A stretch of 64,000 bases of DNA from an uncultured delta proteobacterium (GTDB lineage Bacteria; Desulfobacterota; RBG-13-43-22): positions 160,001-224,000 of the forward strand of contig CAVUPH010000006.1 in the NCBI GenBank assembly GCA_963743305.1. Reading direction: 5' to 3'. Below, piece by piece: positions 49,237 to 59,828 of this stretch (its first letter is position 1; each line of letters begins with the position of its first letter). The notes beneath the pieces are model-generated. The model had not been told where the DNA came from. It ran no database searches and saw nothing but the letters and a program-made list of their open reading frames with translations. The position numbers were made by a program, and so were the translations under genes.

Positions 49237-49728
49237 ATGGATATTCGAAAGATTTATGAATACGCCCTGCAGCGTGAGATAGAAGGAAAGCGTTTTTTTG
49301 AACAAAATGCCGAGCGCTTCGCACACGCGGCAGCCGTCGGGGTCTTTAAGAATTTGGCGCTGGAGGAACAAAAACATATCGAGTTTATCAATCGGCAGCT
49401 TCAGGATCTGGATCAGGAGGTTTCTTCTGCCTCGCCCGCGGGTTTGGAGGTGGAGAATCCGAATTTTTTCCTCAAGAAAGCCGAAAACGAACTGATCGAC
49501 CAGACCGTCCTTCAATCCATGGTACCGGTCCTGCCGATTCTACGAATGGCTTATCTCATCGAACGAGACTTTGCCGAATTCTACCGGATGGCGGCCGATC
49601 GAGTGGAAGGGAAGGCCAAACAGTCCCTGGAAAAGTTGGCCCTCTGGGAAAAGGGTCATGAAAATCTGTTCAAAAACCTCCATGATCGGGCCTTTGAAGA
49701 ATACGCCCAGATGCCTTGGGGGGGCTGA
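49237..49728 (+). CDS. Rubrerythrin/ferritin-like di-iron protein
   Basis: E..G..FF, EEQKH, E.....FY and WEKGH. Confidence 0.85.
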   Translation: MDIRKIYEYALQREIEGKRFFEQNAERFAHAAAVGVFKNLALEEQKHIEFINRQLQDLDQEVSSASPAGLEVENPNFFLKKAENELIDQTVLQSMVPVLPILRMAYLIERDFAEFYRMAADRVEGKAKQSLEKLALWEKGHENLFKNLHDRAFEEYAQMPWGG

Positions 49729-49791
49729 TCATTTTCCGAACCCGTTGGCCTCGGGTCGCAATGAAGGTTCTGTCGACTTTTTGCGAACTCA

Positions 49792-50289
49792 TCACCAGTC
49801 ACTCTGGAAAAGCATGCTCTTTCCATTTTTTAGACTCAGTTCATCCTGCAACTTTTGAAAACGGGTACTGATCACACTGGCCACATTGCTCATGACCAGG
49901 TAACCGATTCTGGGGTCCTTGCTGAAAAGCTTTATCAGGCAATCCCGATTAATCTGGAGGACCTCAACGTCCGTGGTGAGGGCATAGGCGGAAAGCCGGT
50001 AAATATTTGGCGGGACCAGACTGGACCAGCCAAAAACCTTCCCGGGGAGTATCTTGGAAATAGACATCTCTCCGGCACTCTCTCGCCCCGGCAGATCAAA
50101 GCGCAAGTCGATTTGGCCGTCAACAACCGCCCAGAGGAAAAAAGCATCGTCATCTTCGCTGAATATCTTATCCCCCTGTTTAAACAACTTCACCTGGCAG
50201 CAGGGTTTGAGGAACTTCAACTGAATGGCATCTAAACCTCTAAAAACTTCCACCTGTCCCAAAAATCCGATTAAATCCATAAGGCCCAC
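49792..50289 (-). CDS. Stand-alone cyclic-nucleotide-binding domain protein
   Basis: IFSEDD, GKVFGWSSL and YRLSA; no HTH domain. Confidence 0.8.
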   Translation of the reverse strand: MGLMDLIGFLGQVEVFRGLDAIQLKFLKPCCQVKLFKQGDKIFSEDDDAFFLWAVVDGQIDLRFDLPGRESAGEMSISKILPGKVFGWSSLVPPNIYRLSAYALTTDVEVLQINRDCLIKLFSKDPRIGYLVMSNVASVISTRFQKLQDELSLKNGKSMLFQSDW

Positions 50290-50386
50290 CTCTTCTTTCT
50301 CTGGGAAAAAGGTTATTTTGGTTTCAAATAAACCAGTTACCTAGGGCCCCTTTGGCTATCCTTCCTAACCGAATAAATACCCTTCC

Positions 50387-51415
50387 CTACTTTTTTGTAT
50401 AACCGCTCGGGACCTCAAAGGATTCTCCCGGAACCGGGTCGGTATTGAGCGACTTTACTTCCATGGTGCTGGAAAAGAAGGGTGCGCCCTTTCCCCCCGA
50501 CATTTTCTCTTCCGCCTTTTTTTGGACGACCTTTCCTAAAAGACCGCTGACCAGTCCGCCCAGTCCACCGGAGACATCCGTGGGTCGATCCCGCGAAGAC
50601 GAATCCTCCCGAGCCGCTCCTTCCTGGCCCTCGCTTTCAAAATTCCAATCGATGACAGTCCGGATAGGGTAGCCTTTGATTTTGCCCATCTCGTTTTTCA
50701 CCCGCCCCAGCCCTTTTTGTATCTCCTCCGGGGAGGCCTTGGACATGGCGGCCATGGCGGCCATCCCCATCTGGCGGGCCTCTTCCGTGGAAATTTCACT
50801 GCCCAGCAGTTTGGCCAGTGCGCGGTTAAACCGTTGTTCCTCGGCCTGGACCTTCTTGATGGTGGCTGTCTCCGGGGTCGTCCAGAGGTTGGTCGTCATG
50901 GTACTGCGGGATTTGGCCTTGGTCTCCAGGTCCTCCATTTCCAGCAGCCAGGTGACCAGATATTCCTCGCAAGAAAAACCGTTGATGGTGTCGGAGGCCC
51001 CGGTCTTTTTGACCGAAAACTCCGATCGGGTGATTCGAGCCGTTGACTTTTCCGGTTTCTCCTCCCGTTGCGGTTGCTCGGCAGCCGGCCTCTTTAAGGG
51101 CTGGATCGGGGTCTCGGTATAGGTCCTCTTTTTGGTATCCAGGGCCCAGGTCAAGGCCTTATCCACCCGGGTGATGGTAACCGTTTCCGTCTCCCCCGCC
51201 AGTTTGGAAAGAAAAGCCCCGGTGAATTTCAGGTTGTTGGAATCCCATTTTTTTTCACCTTGAATTCGATGAGTCATCATTCCCTCGGCGGCCCCCATTC
51301 CCTTTATTCCACCGGTTTTAAAAAAAGTCTCCACCGTGGCATCGCCCCAGGCCGCGGGGACATTCATGGCCCAAATGAAAAATAACCCGATTACCCCAAT
51401 CATCCCACGCTTCAT
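50387..51415 (-). CDS. Hypothetical exported protein (DUF4412-like)
   Basis: Signal peptide, TINGFSCEEY, KGYP and C-terminal FEVPSGY. Confidence 0.7.
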   Translation of the reverse strand: MKRGMIGVIGLFFIWAMNVPAAWGDATVETFFKTGGIKGMGAAEGMMTHRIQGEKKWDSNNLKFTGAFLSKLAGETETVTITRVDKALTWALDTKKRTYTETPIQPLKRPAAEQPQREEKPEKSTARITRSEFSVKKTGASDTINGFSCEEYLVTWLLEMEDLETKAKSRSTMTTNLWTTPETATIKKVQAEEQRFNRALAKLLGSEISTEEARQMGMAAMAAMSKASPEEIQKGLGRVKNEMGKIKGYPIRTVIDWNFESEGQEGAAREDSSSRDRPTDVSGGLGGLVSGLLGKVVQKKAEEKMSGGKGAPFFSSTMEVKSLNTDPVPGESFEVPSGYTKK

Positions 51416-51659
51416 AATCGCTCCTGAAAAAGTATTTACGTCCAGCGCCCTCTTCTACCGAAAACCCAAATGGCCTATCGGACATTTGGGCCCCTTACTG
51501 ACCTTACTGTAAGTTAAGGGAATCCACGGGAAACTGTCAAGGAGAAAACCGGGTTCAAAACCTCACCAGGCTGAAGGAAAAGTTATAATCGTTATTCTTG
51601 AGGGATTGCTTCGTCGCTTCGCGCCTCGCAATGACAGCCCGGGGCTTTTGGCGAGAACA

Positions 51660-51926
51660 CTATTCTTTAGTTCCATCCAGCAGTTCCCTTATAACCGGCC
51701 TGATATAAATGTCCCCGAGAGGAAACCGCGTCAGCACCCCGACCATGATTTCTATTTTCTCCTTCACCGTCGACCGGGCGTGGATAATCAAAACATATTC
51801 CCCTTTCAAACGACAGAGCCCGCCCGCACTGGACGATTCTTCCAGGTTTACGATCTCGTAGCGAACCTCTATCCCCAGCTTATGGGCCAGCGCTTCGAGT
51901 TGATCCAAAAGGAATTCGTCACTCAT
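51660..51926 (-). CDS. Small conserved hypothetical protein
   Basis: LGIEVRYE, GGLCRLKG and IYIRPVIRELL; natural protein-like composition. Confidence 0.7.
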   Translation of the reverse strand: MSDEFLLDQLEALAHKLGIEVRYEIVNLEESSSAGGLCRLKGEYVLIIHARSTVKEKIEIMVGVLTRFPLGDIYIRPVIRELLDGTKE

Positions 51927-52027
51927 TGGAAGGCCTTTTTTCCAACCAATCGAAATAATGCCTCTATATAAATAAACCCCAACCTATTATCCTTGTCAGG
52001 GACCCTCTTGGCAATCTATATTAACCA

Positions 52028-52855
52028 ATGCAAAAGAAAAGGCTCTATGCTTTCCCCTTTAAGATCGGGACGACCTCCATGGTTTTTGGGGAGGATTTAT
52101 TGGAAAACGTACGGCGACTGTCCCCCCTGGTTGATTTTGTGGAAATCGTCCTCTTCCGGACCCCAGACCTGCATAATCTGCCCACGGCCTTGGAGATCCG
52201 TGAATTAATAAAAATCGGCGGTGGAGAAGGACTTGGTTTCACGGTCCATCTGCCGGCCTCTCTGGAACCGGCATCGACGGACAAAAACCTCCGGGACGAG
52301 TCCCTAAAAACGATCCGCGAGATCTGCGGTCGACTGGAAGAACTGAACCCCGCACATTTTATCCTCCACCTGCCCTTTTCGCCTCCCACGTTGGTCCCGG
52401 TCCCGGATTTTTACTTTAAGACGAAAGACCCCGCCGGGGATTGGAACAGGTGGAGCAACAGGGCGGCCGAGGCATTAAACGCGCTTAGGGTCATTTGTCC
52501 TTCCTCGGAAGCGTTGCTGCTGGAAAATATCAACTATTCACCCCGCTTCCTGGAGCCTTTTTTAAAGGAAGGCCCTTGCCGATTATGCCTCGATCTGGGA
52601 CACCTGCTCCTGGGTCGGGAAACGGTACTGGAGCAGCTCAGGGAATACTACGGGCATATTCAGGAGATCCATCTGCACGGCGTCAGCGGCCACGAAGAAC
52701 ACTTGAGTCTGACTCACCTGCCGGTCGAACGTCTTCAAAAGTGGTTGGCCTTTTTAAAAGAATCCGGTTATCGAAAATGGGTTACCCTGGAACTTTTCAG
52801 TCCGGAAGAACTTCAGGAATCGCTGGCCATTCTTTCCCGGCTGCTCTTAACCTAA
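52028..52855 (+). CDS. TIM-barrel protein of the xylose isomerase/endonuclease IV fold, CbiR (cobamide remodelling)-like
   Basis: KIGTTS, TVHLP, LLEN, CLDLGHL, IHLHG, EHLSL and TLELF. Confidence 0.7.
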   Translation: MQKKRLYAFPFKIGTTSMVFGEDLLENVRRLSPLVDFVEIVLFRTPDLHNLPTALEIRELIKIGGGEGLGFTVHLPASLEPASTDKNLRDESLKTIREICGRLEELNPAHFILHLPFSPPTLVPVPDFYFKTKDPAGDWNRWSNRAAEALNALRVICPSSEALLLENINYSPRFLEPFLKEGPCRLCLDLGHLLLGRETVLEQLREYYGHIQEIHLHGVSGHEEHLSLTHLPVERLQKWLAFLKESGYRKWVTLELFSPEELQESLAILSRLLLT

Positions 52856-52920
52856 AAGATATTTGCTTTGATCGGCCAAGGTGTGATAATGATCGAAAAA
52901 CCCTGCGGGAGGAAATTGCC

Positions 52921-53646
52921 TTGGCTGATTTAAACTCCATTTCCAAAGATCTGATCGAACATCTGGAACTCCAATACGCCCCGGTGGGGATCACTCTTTT
53001 CCGAGAAGGAGAAACGACGCCGTCTGATATTCCGTTTTCTCCGGAAAATTTGAAAAGTTATTGCCAGGCCCTGGTCCTGGCTGGTGAGGGCCGCACGCTG
53101 CTCTTAAAAAAAGAGCAGTTGGGCTGCAAGCTGGGCACCTCGGTCCTGGGGATGGAAGAGGAGATGGAAGCCTACCTGGATGACGGGGTGCTGGAAAAAT
53201 ACGGGGTAGGCCTTTTTGCGACGGAAGAAGCCTCGGCCGAAACCCTGCTGAAATCCACTTACCTCCCCAAAGGAAAAACCCGGTCGGTGCTCATCGCCCC
53301 CTTGAAGGCCTTCAGCGGCCTTCCGCAGGTCGTAGTCTTTACCGCCAGCAGCGAGCAGGTTATGTGGCTGCTCTATGCCCTGAATTATGAAAAAGGCGGC
53401 CGCCAGGAGCTGCCCCAATCCGGCGGGGCTTTGGGCGGCTGCGCCGATATCACCGCCTGGCCGCTTCTGGAAGGGCAGCCCAATGTGACCTTTTTGGGTT
53501 TGGGTTGCCGGATCAAGTCAGCTATTGATGCCTGCCATCTGATGATGGGCCTTCCCGGATCCCTACTGGAACCCCTTCATACCCATATATTAGAAATGGC
53601 CAAGCCTATCTCCATGCTTAAAAACGCCCGGCCGAAGAAAACGTAA
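52921..53646 (+). CDS. DUF169 family protein
   Basis: GGAGG plus TTG at 52921; PVGI, YCQ, GC, CAD and GCR motifs. Confidence 0.75.
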   Translation: MADLNSISKDLIEHLELQYAPVGITLFREGETTPSDIPFSPENLKSYCQALVLAGEGRTLLLKKEQLGCKLGTSVLGMEEEMEAYLDDGVLEKYGVGLFATEEASAETLLKSTYLPKGKTRSVLIAPLKAFSGLPQVVVFTASSEQVMWLLYALNYEKGGRQELPQSGGALGGCADITAWPLLEGQPNVTFLGLGCRIKSAIDACHLMMGLPGSLLEPLHTHILEMAKPISMLKNARPKKT

Positions 53647-53806
53647 AGATAAGAACGCGGAGCGCTCTTTCCCATGAGTTAAAAGAAACGATTCGACAAA
53701 TTCCACCTCGCTCCTCTTCACCAAAGGGGAAAAATCATTCCCTAAAACCCCCTCCTTTTACAAAAGGAGGCTGGGAGGGATTCTAATAATCGAATAAGAG
53801 GAAAGT

Positions 53807-55642
53807 ATGTTTATTCCTTTCGAACTGGTTGGTCAGGCTTTTGAACACTACCAGATCACCGAGTTTATAGGCCGAGGGCCCCTGGGGTTCGTTTACCGGG
53901 CCACGGATACAACAAATCAACAAACCGTCATCCTGAAGCTGTTTCTGAAATCCACCGGAGATCCCGGCGAAATCTCTGAAGAGGCGGAAAAGCCTTTTTT
54001 CGAGGAAGCCCGGGCCCTACGAGAGCTGGAGCATCCCCAGGTGGCCGCTGTTTTGGAAGTTGGAGAAACCGAAGGCTTTCGCTATATCTGCACGGAATTT
54101 GTCCTGGGCAAGTCCCTGGACGATTTGCTCAATGAGCAGGGGGCCCTGCCGCTGGAAACGGCCCTGCCGCTCTTCCGCCAAGTGTTATCCGCTCTCCAGG
54201 CCGCTTATGAGCAAAACATCATTCATCGGAACCTGAAACCGGCCAATATCTTAATTCAACGGAACGGTCGGATCAAGATTACCGATTTTGGCCAAGTCAA
54301 GATCCCTTCCATGGCCGCTACCGTGGCCCTGACAGGGGCCGGCAGTCCTTTTTATATGTCCCCGGAAGCCATCTTAGGCCAACGAGGGGATATCCGTTCG
54401 GACATATTTTCCGTGGGGACTCTGCTTTACCGGGTGTTGACCGGGGAAAAACCCTTTGATGGCGAATCGACCGCCACCATCGTCCAACAGGTGGTGCAGC
54501 AGGACCCGACCTTTCCGAAACTGATCAATCCCCATATACCCGAGGAACTGGGAATCATCTGCACCAAGGCCATGGCCAAAGATCCGTCCAGGCGTTATCA
54601 AACCCCGCAGGAAATGCTGGATGCCTTAACGGCCTTCCAGCCCCTGGGATCGGGCGAAGGATCTACCACCCTGGTAGACCATAAAATCGAACCGCTCCCC
54701 CCTCGACCTCTGTCCGACGAAGGACCCGAGAAACCGCCGATTCAAGAAAGCGTTCCTGATCCCCAGCCCCTATCGGCTCCATCCGAGCCGATCAACCTGG
54801 AAAAGACTCAGCCTATTTCACCCCCCGGTCCTCCCGTCCAGGAAAAGCCGCTTTCCAGTCCCGTTACCGTCCCGGACAAAAAGCCGGAAAAAGTAATCAA
54901 AAGCCCAAAATCCGGCCCCAAAATCATACTGATCGGATCCATCTTTTTCGCCCTTATCCTGGCGCTGATCCTAGTGATCATCCGGCTGGTCAATAACCCG
55001 GGAGGCAACTTGATTTCCTCCGCCAGCCCGCCAGCGGCTCCTCAAAAGACGACCGTCGGTTCGACTCCGGCCGGACCGCTAACTGCCCCGACCATTCCTC
55101 CTTCATCCCCTTCGAACGCCACCCCCCAGGGAACTAACGGGATTCAATCTCCCTCTCAGGCGGAACAATTGCTTCTGCAAGCTAAGGCCGTTTGGAAGAC
55201 CAATATGGATCAGGCCCAGACCCTATTGGAACAGGCCGTGATCCAGGCGCCCCAAAATTTTGAAGTCCATTTTCAATTGGGACGTCTATTAACACAAAGA
55301 CAGCAGTACCCGGCCGCCGTTCAGGAATACCAACGAGCGCTGAATATCAATAACCGGATTCCGGAGGCCTATTTCAACCTCGGCTATATCCATCTCATCC
55401 AAGGCAATTACGACCTGGCCATTCAACACCTGGAGTGGTGCCGGGCCTTGTCCCCCCCCTACCAGGACGAAGTGCTGACCAACATCGGCATCGTTTACCT
55501 GCGCAAGAAAAATTTCAGACAGGCCCGCTCCTATTTTCAAGAGGCGAGCCGTCTGAATCCCCGGAATGTGGTGGCCCGGAACTACCTAAAAAAAATGGAA
55601 CCCGGCGACAAGGAACATAAAAAGAAGGAGGGGCACGATTAG
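53807..55642 (+). CDS. Membrane Hanks-type Ser/Thr kinase-like protein with C-terminal TPRs
   Basis: GRGPLGFVY, ILK, HRNLKPANI, DFG, YMSPE and SDIFSVG, then Pro-rich linker, TM helix and TPRs. Confidence 0.88.
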   Translation: MFIPFELVGQAFEHYQITEFIGRGPLGFVYRATDTTNQQTVILKLFLKSTGDPGEISEEAEKPFFEEARALRELEHPQVAAVLEVGETEGFRYICTEFVLGKSLDDLLNEQGALPLETALPLFRQVLSALQAAYEQNIIHRNLKPANILIQRNGRIKITDFGQVKIPSMAATVALTGAGSPFYMSPEAILGQRGDIRSDIFSVGTLLYRVLTGEKPFDGESTATIVQQVVQQDPTFPKLINPHIPEELGIICTKAMAKDPSRRYQTPQEMLDALTAFQPLGSGEGSTTLVDHKIEPLPPRPLSDEGPEKPPIQESVPDPQPLSAPSEPINLEKTQPISPPGPPVQEKPLSSPVTVPDKKPEKVIKSPKSGPKIILIGSIFFALILALILVIIRLVNNPGGNLISSASPPAAPQKTTVGSTPAGPLTAPTIPPSSPSNATPQGTNGIQSPSQAEQLLLQAKAVWKTNMDQAQTLLEQAVIQAPQNFEVHFQLGRLLTQRQQYPAAVQEYQRALNINNRIPEAYFNLGYIHLIQGNYDLAIQHLEWCRALSPPYQDEVLTNIGIVYLRKKNFRQARSYFQEASRLNPRNVVARNYLKKMEPGDKEHKKKEGHD

Positions 55643-55713
55643 AGAGAGGGAAGATGGAAGAGGGAGAGAAGAGGCAAGACCGGTATCCGAAGATCCATCT
55701 TTATTCTTTATCC

Positions 55714-56505
55714 TCAGTCCTCGGTCCTTTCTACTCGCTTCTTAAGCCCCTCCACAACCCGCTCCAGAATCGCGGGCAGGATCCGGCCGGCTTGGCCCGA
55801 GATAACCAGGTCGGCCAGGTCATCGTAAGGGGTCGGGTCACGGTTGATAATCACCAGTCGGGCGCCACCCCGTTTGGCCGCCAGCGGCAGGGAGGCGGCC
55901 GGTTGCACCACCAGGGAAGAACCTATGACGATAAAAAGGTCGGAGGCGGCTGATCGTCGATAAGCTTCCCGGGTCTCCCGCTCCGGCATAGCCTGTCCGA
56001 AGGAGATGGTCGCTGGTTTGAGCGGCCCTTGGCAGTCGTCGCAGGCCGGGGCTTTGATCCCTTCGCTGATGCGACCCTGGATATCTTCACGGTCATATCT
56101 TTTGCCGCAGTTCAGGCAGGAAACCTGGAGCGCCGTGCCGTGCAGTTCAATGATTTTATCGGCGCCATGGCCGGCCTTTTCATGAAGCCCGTCGATATTC
56201 TGGGTAATGACAGCGTCCAACCTTCCCAGACGGTCCAATTCATAGATAGCCCGATGCGCGGCGTTAGGCTTGGCTTCCCGGATCGAGGCATACATTTCCG
56301 TAGCCATCCGCCAGTATTTTTCCCGACTGGCTTCCCTGACCAGAAAGTTCTGAAAATCAAAATCGGCCGGATTGTACCGGCTCCAGACCCCGCCGGGACT
56401 GCGGAAATCCGGAATGCCCGATTCGGTGCTCAACCCGGCACCGGTAAAAACAACCAGACGCCGGGATTGCAGGATCCAGTCGGCTGCCTGTTTTAGAGAT
56501 TCCAT
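55714..56505 (-). CDS. cobB: NAD-dependent protein deacylase (sirtuin)
   Basis: TGAGLSTESGIPDFR, TQNIDGLH, ELHG, CxxC..CxxC and GSSLVVQPAA. Confidence 0.93.
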   Translation of the reverse strand: MESLKQAADWILQSRRLVVFTGAGLSTESGIPDFRSPGGVWSRYNPADFDFQNFLVREASREKYWRMATEMYASIREAKPNAAHRAIYELDRLGRLDAVITQNIDGLHEKAGHGADKIIELHGTALQVSCLNCGKRYDREDIQGRISEGIKAPACDDCQGPLKPATISFGQAMPERETREAYRRSAASDLFIVIGSSLVVQPAASLPLAAKRGGARLVIINRDPTPYDDLADLVISGQAGRILPAILERVVEGLKKRVERTED

Positions 56506-56553
56506 CAGAAATTCCACAGCAAATCCTTCGTTAAAAGATATCAATCAGGAATA

Positions 56554-56698
56554 TTGATGGTCTCGCAAAAAGTCCCCCGGGCTGTCGTTGCGAGGAGAAA
56601 AGCGACGAAGCAATCCCCAGGAATCAGCTAGTTGCCATGGTGGGGATTGCTTCGCTTCGCTCGCAATGACAGGTTTTTGGACTTTTTGCGAACTCAAG
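56554..56698. repeat. Palindromic element GTC(A/G)TTGCGAG...GCAATC...GATTGC...CTCGCAATGAC within GATG-type ends; related copies near 14157, 21019, 29690, 49016, 49750, 51600 and 58596
   Basis: The same motif words recur directly at these positions. Confidence 0.8.
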
Positions 56699-56785
56699 AT
56701 AAATGGTGGAAGTTGCCTTCACGTTCTATCCAATATTCCAATATTCCGGCATTCCAGTTTTCCATTCTTCCATTCTTCCTGCCTT

Positions 56786-58043
56786 TTAAAGGAAGGCCAG
56801 ACTCAACCACGACCAGTAGGTGATAATAATCAGGGCCAGCAGTAATATGATAATAAAAGGGATGGAGGCCTTATAGAGATCCAGTACCGGCCGTTCGAAG
56901 CGCATACTGGAAACAAACAGGTTGATCCCCACCGGCGGTAAGGAAGCGCCGATTTCCAGGTTGGTCAAAAGGACAATCCCCAAATGGACCGGATGGATAT
57001 CGTAGGCCTGGGCCACGGGAAGAATTAGAGGGACCAGGATCGTCAGTGCCGGAAACAATCCCAACAGGCAGCCGGCCCCTAACAGGAAAAGATTCATCCA
57101 GACCAGAAAGGCCAGGGGACTTTCCACATGTCCCTTTAGAAAATCCAGAACCTTCATGGGGATCTCTGCATTGATCAAGGTGTTGGTTAACCCGAAGGAA
57201 ACCCCGAGGATAATCAGGATCCCTCCGACCAAGATGGTGCTTTTCAGAATGATCGGCGGGAGTTCTTTTATTTTCACGTCCCGATAGACTCCCACCTCCA
57301 CAATCAAAATGTACAACACGGTCAGGGCCGCGGCCTCACTGATAGCTACCAACCCGCTGTAGATGCCGCCCAGGACCACCAGCGGCAAAGGGATTTCCCA
57401 AATCGAGTCCCGGAGGGCCTGCCCTACTTCCCGCAGGGTGAATCGGTGCCGGACGGCGCCGGACCGAAGACCTTTCCAAAAACTGTAAACCGACAGGAGG
57501 ATCACTATGACCAGACCCGGGAGAATGCCGGCCAAAAAAAGTTGGTCAATACTGGTCCGGGCCACCACGCCGTAGAGAATCAGCGGCAGGCTGGGCGGGA
57601 AAAGAAGCCCCAGGGTCCCCGACGTGGTCAGGAGCCCCAGGGAAAATTTTTCGGGGTACCCTTGTGATTTTAAAGCCGGGAAAAGGAGCCCACCCAGGGC
57701 TACGATCGTCAACCCGCTCGCCCCGGTCAGCGCCGTAAAAATGGCCGAAAAAAACAGCGCGATGATCGCCAGACCTCCGGGCAGCCAACCCAGCAGGGCC
57801 TGCGAAAGCCGAACCAGGCGCTGGGCTGGCTTTACTGGCCGCCAGGATATACCCGGCCAAAGCAAAAAGCGGCAGGGCCACCAGCATGGGGGTATGGGCC
57901 AGTTTATAGATTTCAATGATCAGCGCGGAAAAAGAGATGCCGCTGGAGTAGAGAAAAATAAGTCCGCTGAGGGCGATGACAATAAACAGCGGGGTGCCGG
58001 CCAGGGCCAGCAGGACGGTCAGGAAGGTGGAGACGAATCCCAT
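56786..58043 (-). CDS. dctM: TRAP transporter large permease, frameshifted near 57825
   Basis: ALPLFALAG in one frame, then QRLV...PGGLA, TGASG, LFPPSLP and PPVGINLF in the next. Confidence 0.88.
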
Positions 58044-58054
58044 GCCGGAGGCCG

Positions 58055-58525
58055 TTAGGAGTGACGGAGATGACGCCAGCCGGCGAATATAAATCGAACG
58101 CCGATAACGCCCAGCATGACCGGTATGATGGCTTGGGAAAACCACAACGGGATGCCCAGGATCAGAAACTTGCCGCCCTGGGCCTCATCCCGGACGAATT
58201 CGATGCCCGGCCAAACCAGGCTTAAACAGACCAGGGCCGACAGGAAATCCAAACCTCCCTGGACCAACCGTTGTTTGGCCGCCGGCAGATAGTTGGAGAG
58301 CAAGTCAATTTTTATATGCCGTTCCTGGCGGGTGGCCAGGGAAGCGCCCAGCAGGGCTACCCATAAGACCAGATGACGAACCAGCGGATCGATCCAGATG
58401 AGCCCAATGGCAATAACGTTACGAAATAAGATAGGCAGGAAGGCCAACAAGACCATCAACGTCAGGAGGAATATCAGCAGGACTTCTTCCAGTTTATTTA
58501 AAAAGGTATTGATCCGCGGCCACAT
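58055..58525 (-). CDS. dctQ: TRAP transporter small permease
   Basis: Four TM helices and LGASLATRQERHIKID. Confidence 0.88.
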   Translation of the reverse strand: MWPRINTFLNKLEEVLLIFLLTLMVLLAFLPILFRNVIAIGLIWIDPLVRHLVLWVALLGASLATRQERHIKIDLLSNYLPAAKQRLVQGGLDFLSALVCLSLVWPGIEFVRDEAQGGKFLILGIPLWFSQAIIPVMLGVIGVRFIFAGWRHLRHS

Positions 58526-58779
58526 GGCTTGTTTTGTACAATACCCTTCACCTAGTCAAAAAATTCTTGGTTTGAAAGAAAAGTCGAACACCTCCGTCAT
58601 GGCGAGCGAAGCGAAACAATCCCTCGATTGAGCTCGGGGAGACTTGTAAGCTAACGGGGGGATTGCTTCGTCGCTCCGCTCCTCGCAATGACCGGTATAT
58701 CAAGCATTTTCATGTCTTGTGGGTGCCCACCCCGGGACAGAGGCGTAGTACAATAAAAATCAGGTCCGGGTAAGTTAAT

Positions 58780-59817
58780 TCAGTTTTCCTTTCGAAAGGT
58801 CTTCAGCAAGTTTTTAATCTCTTCAAAGGTTTTCTTGGAAAATTGTTCCTCTCCCAGGGTATCCATGGCTTTGAAGACCGAGGCCCGCAATTCTTTGGTA
58901 TCCCTGGCTGCGGGGGTAACGATCTTTATTCCCTGTCGGGTCATCACCCCCAGGGCCTTCTGGTTTTCCTGGCGCACCAGACCTTTCATGGGCTCCAGGT
59001 GCCGTTTAAAGATCTCCTCCACCAAGCCCCGTTGAGCGGTCGGAATTTTGTCCAGGGCGGTTTTCTGCATGACCAGGGCCCCTACCGAATAGGAAAGGGG
59101 CAAGTTGGTCAAATAGGAAACTCGGGTGAACCACTGCATGGAAATAGCGGCCAGGGGGGAGGCGTAGACCGTATCGATCATCCCGGTTTGCAGCGACACC
59201 AAAACATCCGGGATACCCAGGGGAACCGGATTGACGCCCACTTCTTTAAAAACCGCTTTCCCGATGGCGGTATCCTCCCAGATCCAGACCTTTCCCTTTT
59301 TGAGGTCGGCGGCGCTCTTGATCGGCTCTTTGGACAGGAGATAGATAAATCCGTTTTCCCCCCAACCCATGATTTTATATCCGTTATCCCAGAAACCCTT
59401 TTCCAGAAAACCGGACTCCTTGGCCATCACGGCGTCCACCTCATTGTAATTCTCAAAGAGGAAGGGGATAGACAGTATTTTAATGTCTTTGAATATCAGC
59501 CCCAGGCCACCGCCGGTAAAAAAGCCTCCCTGGAGTTGTCCCACTTTAATCTTGCGGAGCATATCCTCCTCGTCGCCTTGGACACCTCCCGGGAAAACCC
59601 GCAGGCTGACCTGTTTGCCGGTTTTCTGTTCCAATTCCTGACTAATGCTTCGGAAGGCTTTCGTCCAGATACTCCCTTCCGGGGCCAAGGTGCCGATCTT
59701 CAAAACGACCTTGTCGCCTGCCGCTCCACAAGGCGCCGCCAAGAAAAGCAACAGTCCGCTAAGGACCAGTCCCAGTATCTTCCTGTTTTTTTTCATTCCC
59801 ATATTCTCTGACACCAT
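58780..59817 (-). CDS. dctP: TRAP substrate-binding protein (TatP type)
   Basis: Signal peptide, KIGTLAPEGSIW, GGVQGDE and SLQTGMID. Confidence 0.9.
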   Translation of the reverse strand: MVSENMGMKKNRKILGLVLSGLLLFLAAPCGAAGDKVVLKIGTLAPEGSIWTKAFRSISQELEQKTGKQVSLRVFPGGVQGDEEDMLRKIKVGQLQGGFFTGGGLGLIFKDIKILSIPFLFENYNEVDAVMAKESGFLEKGFWDNGYKIMGWGENGFIYLLSKEPIKSAADLKKGKVWIWEDTAIGKAVFKEVGVNPVPLGIPDVLVSLQTGMIDTVYASPLAAISMQWFTRVSYLTNLPLSYSVGALVMQKTALDKIPTAQRGLVEEIFKRHLEPMKGLVRQENQKALGVMTRQGIKIVTPAARDTKELRASVFKAMDTLGEEQFSKKTFEEIKNLLKTFRKEN

Positions 59818-59828
59818 CTCCCTCCCGC

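Noticed and set aside
49700-49760. MPWGG-TGA of the ferritin-like protein as a Sec codon
   Set aside because: The domain is complete, there is no redox Cys context, and the downstream sequence is a repeat fragment rather than a clear SECIS.
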